A stretch of 64,000 nt of DNA from an uncultured Christensenella sp. (GTDB taxonomy: Bacteria > Bacillota > Clostridia > Christensenellales > Borkfalkiaceae), in assembly GCA_949878495.1 (NCBI GenBank), contig CATLAR010000001.1, forward strand, positions 778 to 64,777, read 5' to 3'. The position numbers were made by a program, and so were the translations under genes. Positions 58,535 through 64,000 of the stretch are shown here, piece by piece (the first letter of the stretch is position 1; each line of letters begins with the position of its first letter). Under the pieces are notes generated by a model, which saw only the letters and a list, made by a program, of their open reading frames with translations, had not been told where the DNA came from and did no database searches.

Positions 58535-60727
58535 TCAGAATATTTCGCTGAGCAGTTGCCACGCGGCGCTTTGAATGTCTTCGGAGAAAGTTTCCGTGCA
58601 AATGCAAAGCTCGTAGCTCAGTTTGTCCTGCCTGACCAAACCGCCCTTCAAACCGTACTTTTTCAGATAGCGTTGCAACACGGCGAATTTCTTGCCCGTG
58701 AACCTGTCTATATCCTCGCTTTCGCCCGTTTTTGAAAAGCCGCCTTTCGTTTCGATTATCCAGGTTTCGCCGTTTACGGACAGCACGTAATCGGGATAAA
58801 ACGACTTCTGTTTGCCAGAGTTGTCCTCGTAAACTATGGAAAAATACTCCGCGCCCTTGTCGCCGTTTTTGTAGAACCAATCAACGCCGCGGCTCTGTTG
58901 GCAGTATTTTTCAAACAGCTTTTCGGAAGTCGAGCGTTTTTCCGCGGACGCGAGGTAGCCCTTGTAGACGTTTTTGGTCATTTCGCCCTGCGCCTTCGCC
59001 GCGCCGTCGTAAGTAAACAACAGTTCGGCGGGGAAGCCGATTGTTTTTTCGGTAATTTTGTTTACTTTAATCGTCTGCTGAACGGATGTGGAAGCCATAG
59101 CCTCGCGTATCTCTGAAACAAGCCGCGCTTTGTTGTTGATAATAAAAGAATACAGTTCACGCACCTCGAGGCTGAGAATTTTATGCGCGCTTGCCGATTC
59201 TCTGAGGAATAGTTTTCTTAAAACGGTGTTGATTCTCGCGTAGTCCAGCGTAACTTTCAGCCCGATTTCCGCCGCGCAGTGGTGGTAGGCTCTGCCGTGC
59301 TTGGTTGTGTTAAGTTCCTCGTGTACGGAAATTGCGTTAAGGTCGTCGATTTGTTCCTTTTCCAGCTTGGATACCGAACCCGACTTGGTGTAGTCGATTA
59401 CGTCCTGACCGAAACCGTAGCCGTTTGCCAGCAATTTTGTTTTATTTTCTGAATGTTTGCCCGTCAAAGAGTACTTGGTTTTGAAATGCTCGCTGAATAC
59501 GCGAAGTATAAGCGACGGGTCGCGCGGGAACGGAACGTCAGTCTTGTATTCCGAAACGAGAGCAAACGAACGCATTTCGGGTTTTAAAAACAGCTTTTTC
59601 GCGTCGAGCGCGCCTTTCCCGAGCGATTGTTTTACGCTCTCGGTAAACGCGCCGTCAAGCGTGTAAAGGTAACAGCTGTCCAGCAAATCGTTTTCGTAAT
59701 GTCTTGCCTCGGGCATACGGCGGATGCGCCCTATGGTCTGAATTTCAAACGTTTCGCTCATATTGTCGCGCAGTTTTACGAGAATATGCGCGCGCGGGCA
59801 GTCCCAGCCCGTAGCTACGGCTTGCTTTATAATTACCGCGCAAGGGTAAGCGGCGGGCTCTTCTATGCCGTCAAGGTTCTGCTTTTTCTCGGAAAGCCAA
59901 ACCGCCAGCCCGCCGTTTTCGTACGTCAGACCTTTGCCGTAAAAGTATTTTTCCACGCTGTCCAAAAGCGCGTCCGACTTGTTGGGCAGTTGCACGATAA
60001 TAAGCGGGTTCACCGCCGCGCCAAGTTTCAAGAGCGCGGAATGCAGTTGCGTGCGTTTTTCAAGCGCCTTGTCTATAAGATAGGTTATCTGGTCGTCAAC
60101 GGTCACGTTCTGCTCGAAGTTTTCGTTGATAATCAGCAGTTTTTTTATCAGCCCTTCGGCGATGACGTCCTCTTCGGGTACTTCCACCAGAAGTGCGTTT
60201 TTGTGGGCTTTCGGGGTCGCCGAACAGCGTATTATTTTGTCTGTTTTGAAATAGCCGATAATTTCGTCGGCTTTTATCGTGTCGTTCTGGTGGGATTCGT
60301 CGACTATGACTTTGAATTTCAGTCCCGCGTCAATCGCCTTGCCCACGTTATCGATAAAATTCGATTTTTCGCCGTCGCGCAGCGCGGTGTTTCCCTTTTT
60401 GGTCAGCTTCTCCCAATTTATAAAGCACGCATCGCCCGCGCCGAACCCGCCCGTTATAAGCTCGCCCAATAGTTTTGTGGACGCGCCGTGGACGTACTTG
60501 TCCATTTTAGCTTTGCTCTGTTCTTCGAGATTGCCTTTTCCGGGTGTGAGCCAAATGAATACGGTGTTCCCGAAACTGCGGTTGTAAGCCTCGATAAAAT
60601 GCGATAAAATTATCGTTTTGCCGCTGCCCGTGCAACTCTTTAAAACTATATCGCGCTTGCCGCTTTGCATTGCCTGCAAAAGCGAGTCTATCGCTTTAAG
60701 CTGGAAGTTTTTCAGTCGTATAGCCAT
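58535..60727 (-). CDS. res: Type III restriction enzyme Res subunit (SF2 helicase plus C-terminal PD-(D/E)xK nuclease)
   Basis: Walker A TGSGKT, DESH box, QTIGRIRR motif VI, and a C-terminal PDYV...ETKG motif. Lies immediately downstream of mod. Confidence 0.8.
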   Translation of the reverse strand: MAIRLKNFQLKAIDSLLQAMQSGKRDIVLKSCTGSGKTIILSHFIEAYNRSFGNTVFIWLTPGKGNLEEQSKAKMDKYVHGASTKLLGELITGGFGAGDACFINWEKLTKKGNTALRDGEKSNFIDNVGKAIDAGLKFKVIVDESHQNDTIKADEIIGYFKTDKIIRCSATPKAHKNALLVEVPEEDVIAEGLIKKLLIINENFEQNVTVDDQITYLIDKALEKRTQLHSALLKLGAAVNPLIIVQLPNKSDALLDSVEKYFYGKGLTYENGGLAVWLSEKKQNLDGIEEPAAYPCAVIIKQAVATGWDCPRAHILVKLRDNMSETFEIQTIGRIRRMPEARHYENDLLDSCYLYTLDGAFTESVKQSLGKGALDAKKLFLKPEMRSFALVSEYKTDVPFPRDPSLILRVFSEHFKTKYSLTGKHSENKTKLLANGYGFGQDVIDYTKSGSVSKLEKEQIDDLNAISVHEELNTTKHGRAYHHCAAEIGLKVTLDYARINTVLRKLFLRESASAHKILSLEVRELYSFIINNKARLVSEIREAMASTSVQQTIKVNKITEKTIGFPAELLFTYDGAAKAQGEMTKNVYKGYLASAEKRSTSEKLFEKYCQQSRGVDWFYKNGDKGAEYFSIVYEDNSGKQKSFYPDYVLSVNGETWIIETKGGFSKTGESEDIDRFTGKKFAVLQRYLKKYGLKGGLVRQDKLSYELCICTETFSEDIQSAAWQLLSEIF

Positions 60728-60729
60728 AC

Positions 60730-62406
60730 TCAGTTCTCCGATTCTTCGTAATAGTATTCGGGTATTACGTTAAGTTCTATTTCGCGCTCTTCCAGCAGGC
60801 GTTCCTGTCCGCCGTCTAAAAGCGCGTCGTGACCGAGGTAAATCTTCTTACATTTGTAAAGCCGCTTTTCGTCGGCAATAAACGCCGCAACTTCTTCCTC
60901 GTTCAACAGCACGGCGATTTGCGGATTATTGTTGAGATATACGCCGTTTTCAAGCTCCGCAAGCTCATTCATATGTCCTAAAAGCCGGTCGGCGTATTCG
61001 TAATAAAACTCGTTTGCTACGGGAATATATTCGACTTTACAGTATTTTACACCCGCTTTATAGTCGTTTTTGAGTATGGCGCGTTTAATGCGTTCGTAAG
61101 TGACCGAGCGGCAGATATCGTTTTCGTTGTTTGTGCAAAGAATGAACTTTCGCGTGCCGCCGTCGTCGGCGTTAAGTTCCAGCACGGCGTGACCCGTGGT
61201 GCCGCTTCCCGCAAAGAAATCCAGCACAGTGCAGTCCTTGGGAAAGAGCGAAAGAATATAACTGATAAATTTTACGGACTTCGGAAACCCGAATTTTCCG
61301 TCGAGTCCAAGCTCTTTCAAGTCGTCGCTGCCGCGCTTGTTTTCAAGGTACAGAGAGGGGATTTTTTCGTAAGTTTTCTTTTTTATCTGCGGGTTAAATT
61401 TGTCGTTTTCAAAGAAAATTTCAACTATAGTGCCGTTGATTTTGGCGGGAGTGGGGTTGCAACCGTTTTTGAAAAAGTTACGCATATCGTTGGAACTGCG
61501 CCACCGCGCCCTGAGTTTTACGGGCTTTGCGAGCTTCCCGTCTTTAACTACGATAGGGGTGAGGTTTTCGATATTTTCCATACCGCCTTCAACCTTGCGC
61601 GTCTGCTCGTAAACGCCGTCGGGAATATTTTTGCAGGCTAACCCCGCGGGGAATTCTATGACGGGCATAGTCTGGTCTTTGTTGCCTACCGTGCCGCGCG
61701 AGTAGGAGTATTTTTCTACCGTACGCAGCTGAAAACGGCTCATATCCTTGACGTAAGCCAACAAATACTCGTGTTTGGATACCGCGTAGTTAGAGGCGAT
61801 TTCGCTGGGTCTGTTGACGCAGACGGTCAAAAGACGGTTGCTTTCGCCGAATACTCCGTCGCAGAGGATTTTAAGCTGCGACAGCTCGTTGTCGTCTATA
61901 CTTATAAATATAATGCCGTTCCGGTTTAAAAGGCGCGCGGCTGTTTCAAGGCGTTTTTCCATAAACGACAGCCACTTGCTGTGCCTGAACGTATCGTTTT
62001 CATCCACGAACGAATCGTCGTACGCAAAGTCGTTTTTGCCCGTGTTGTAGGGGGGATCTATGTAGATTAAATCAATCGCGCCCCTGCGGGTTTTTTCAAG
62101 CAGTTTCAAAGAGGCGAGGTTGTCGCCCTCTATGATAAAGTTAGCTTGCCCGCCGTTGTCCAGATAAAGCGCGGCGTCTTCCGTAAGAACGGGAACGTGC
62201 GAGGTTAAAAGCTCGTCCACGGTTTCGCGGTGGCGCTCGAAAATCAAGCCGTATTTTTTGCAGTTTACGGCGTTTTCCAGATCGGAAATATAGGACAAAA
62301 GTCTGCGCGCCTCGTCGGTTGAAGAAGCGGCGGTAACGAAGTCTTTAAGCGCTTTGATTTCGGTTTTCAGTTGTTCTCTTTTTTCTTTTGAAACGTTCGT
62401 GCTCAT
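60730..62406 (-). CDS. mod: Type III DNA methyltransferase Mod subunit (beta-class amino-methyltransferase)
   Basis: The DPPYNTG catalytic motif precedes the FAGSGTTGHA SAM-binding motif. Confidence 0.8.
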   Translation of the reverse strand: MSTNVSKEKREQLKTEIKALKDFVTAASSTDEARRLLSYISDLENAVNCKKYGLIFERHRETVDELLTSHVPVLTEDAALYLDNGGQANFIIEGDNLASLKLLEKTRRGAIDLIYIDPPYNTGKNDFAYDDSFVDENDTFRHSKWLSFMEKRLETAARLLNRNGIIFISIDDNELSQLKILCDGVFGESNRLLTVCVNRPSEIASNYAVSKHEYLLAYVKDMSRFQLRTVEKYSYSRGTVGNKDQTMPVIEFPAGLACKNIPDGVYEQTRKVEGGMENIENLTPIVVKDGKLAKPVKLRARWRSSNDMRNFFKNGCNPTPAKINGTIVEIFFENDKFNPQIKKKTYEKIPSLYLENKRGSDDLKELGLDGKFGFPKSVKFISYILSLFPKDCTVLDFFAGSGTTGHAVLELNADDGGTRKFILCTNNENDICRSVTYERIKRAILKNDYKAGVKYCKVEYIPVANEFYYEYADRLLGHMNELAELENGVYLNNNPQIAVLLNEEEVAAFIADEKRLYKCKKIYLGHDALLDGGQERLLEEREIELNVIPEYYYEESEN

Positions 62407-62605
62407 TGGCTTTAATTATACGCGAAAACCGTCCGAAAGTCAAGCGTACGCCCAAAAGCCGCGCAATGCATAGCAAAGTACGGAAAGTGAGAAAAACCGA
62501 GAAAAATTCACGATAAAAAGGGAGATTATTTTTTAAGCGGAACGGTTATAGTATTTGTCGAAAAAGGGCGAAAAATGTCAAAAGAAAAAACATAGGAGGA
62601 CGAAT

Positions 62606-62821
62606 ATGGATAATAAGAAAACTGCTACGGAAGTTCTGGCTTACTTGATTTTCGTTATGGAATCGAACTTGTCGGAGCTTATTTCCGCCGAACATAAAAA
62701 CGAGTATATTATGGGCAGTTGGGAAGCTTGCATTGAATGCCTTGAAATTATCGGTCATTGGTCGCAGGCAAAAGAATTCGGTTTAAATTACAACCCCGAA
62801 ATTAAATTTAATATCAGTTAA
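62606..62821 (+). CDS. Hypothetical small protein (71 aa)
   Basis: TAGGAGG RBS 6 nt before ATG 62606. Confidence 0.5.
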   Translation: MDNKKTATEVLAYLIFVMESNLSELISAEHKNEYIMGSWEACIECLEIIGHWSQAKEFGLNYNPEIKFNIS

Positions 62822-62825
62822 GATT

Positions 62826-64000
62826 TTACCCGTCTGTTCCGTCGCGCAAAGTTTCCACGTTTGACCCGTCTATAAGTTCAACGGTAATTTCTTTGCGCGA
62901 TGAGCAGGCGGCAACTACGCTTTTACGGAAAGTGCGAACGGTAACCGAACGCCGCCCGTCAAATGCAATTTCTACCGCTTTCGTAAACCCGGGATATTGC
63001 GGCGATTCGTCAAGAGTAAAACTCGCGCCGTACTTTATAAGAATTTCAAAAACGGTAAAAAGACCTATGCCGTTGCCGCCTGCGCCTGCGCGGGTGGTTA
63101 TTTGTTCCAATCCGAATTTGGCAAGCACGGTTTCGTCGAACTGTTCGCCGCTGTCGTAAATACGGATAAGCGGTTCAAGGTCTGCCGTAGAGCCGAGTTC
63201 TACGCGCACTTTTGCGTTCGGCGCGCCGAGCGCGGAGTTTATAGCGTTGTCGCACAGATAGCTGAGCAAAATATGTATATCGTCTTTATGTAACCCGTTT
63301 CCCGTAAACCAGCTTTCAACGTTTGCGGAAATTTTCGCGCTTGCTTTAAAGTTTTTTCGTTCCGCCGCGGTATACAGTTGCATTATGGTCGCGTCGATTA
63401 CTTTAACGCCCGTTTGCGGAATATTTTGTAAACTGCATTTCTCGTTTGCTATATTCATCTCACGCAGAATGCGGCGCAACATATCCCTTACGGCGCGCGA
63501 GTCCGCGCTGCCGTTTTGTGTGGAGGCTCTTTCCGCAAGAAGCGCGCAATCGGGAACGGCTTTGTTCAGATAATGAAAAAGTTTGGCGTATACGGCGACT
63601 TGCAAATCGTTTTCGGCGGAACTGAATTTATACTCCTTTAAAGTGTCTTCCATACGGTCCGCATACTGACTGTTTAATCTGTCGCGGTAGTTGTACGAAA
63701 TATGTTTCCGCCACCCGATTATAAGCAGTAAACCGCATAATGCAAAGACCAGGAGAACTACGTTCAACATATATTGTTCTACTTCTTCTGCGTATAAAAG
63801 CATCATTGTAAAAATGCATATTACGCTTAAATACAGTAAAACGTCGAAAGTGGCGTTTTTACTTTTTGGGTAAACGCCGCTTTTAAAACGCTTATTTTTA
63901 AATAGAAGACAGACCGCTAAAACTTGAATGATGGCAATAATAAGTTGCACAAGTATATTTCTGAAAGTTTCATTCTTTATTACGTTTAAAGCGGTGGCAA
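62826..64000 (-). CDS. AgrC/ComD-like GHKL sensor histidine kinase (N-terminus outside the window)
   Basis: The frame stays open to the window edge. N-terminal TM helices and a C-terminal GHKL ATPase (LLSYLCDNAINS, GGNGIGLFTV). Confidence 0.65.
   Translation of the reverse strand, partial: ATALNVIKNETFRNILVQLIIAIIQVLAVCLLFKNKRFKSGVYPKSKNATFDVLLYLSVICIFTMMLLYAEEVEQYMLNVVLLVFALCGLLLIIGWRKHISYNYRDRLNSQYADRMEDTLKEYKFSSAENDLQVAVYAKLFHYLNKAVPDCALLAERASTQNGSADSRAVRDMLRRILREMNIANEKCSLQNIPQTGVKVIDATIMQLYTAAERKNFKASAKISANVESWFTGNGLHKDDIHILLSYLCDNAINSALGAPNAKVRVELGSTADLEPLIRIYDSGEQFDETVLAKFGLEQITTRAGAGGNGIGLFTVFEILIKYGASFTLDESPQYPGFTKAVEIAFDGRRSVTVRTFRKSVVAACSSRKEITVELIDGSNVETLRDGTDG

Noticed and set aside
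1-64000. CRISPR arrays, tRNA/rRNA genes and prophage or integrase modules
   Set aside because: A visual scan found no regularly spaced direct repeats, no tRNA T-arm (GGTTCGAATCC-like) sequences, no rRNA-like stretches, and no integrase or transposase-like ORFs in the six-frame track.

Overview
This is a 64-kb chromosomal segment that looks like a moderately GC-rich Bacillota/Clostridia genome. That placement is an inference from gene content: AddAB, NiaR, ECF S-component, V-type PPase, SD-type RBSs. Coding density is high, and most long ORFs on the opposite strand of real genes are GC-driven shadow ORFs. Gene order: (1) NAD module nadB(partial)-nadC-niaR, an XRE-membrane regulator and pnuC. 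(2) Housekeeping block tsaE-tsaB-rimI, an alpha/beta hydrolase, a MurF-like ligase with an unusual membrane N-terminus, ddl and icd. (3) A small XRE gene, an ECF S-component divergent from a MocR/PdxR regulator, a visibly AT-rich islet with a two-peptide mini-operon, an M23 peptidase, and corA plus a zinc-ribbon gene. (4) A roughly 23-kb pectin/hexuronate utilisation island: kduD, kdgK, an inverted-repeat-flanked TIM-barrel gene, kduI, an ABC ATPase, uxaB-uxaA-uxaC, a pectinesterase, an atypical ABC uptake locus with a giant binding protein and four interleaved small membrane proteins, GH28 and GH105. (5) XRE/MerR/AraC regulators, a roughly 0.5-kb unassigned non-coding stretch, an AEC transporter, hppA, a PfkB kinase and a 2-hydroxyacid dehydrogenase. 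(6) addB-addA, a Type III restriction-modification pair, and an AgrC-like GHKL kinase cut by the window edge. I found no rRNA, tRNA, CRISPR array, transposase or integrase. The observations most worth follow-up are: the two-peptide operon; the perfect 38-bp inverted repeats around one gene; a dispersed family of structured intergenic repeats with compensatory stem changes; the corA leader terminator/antiterminator; the ABC ATPase translationally coupled to unknown membrane proteins; an HTH protein carrying about 20 hydrophobic pentapeptide repeats; and the unassigned 43.2-43.7 kb region. All functional calls come from reading the translations, not from database searches.
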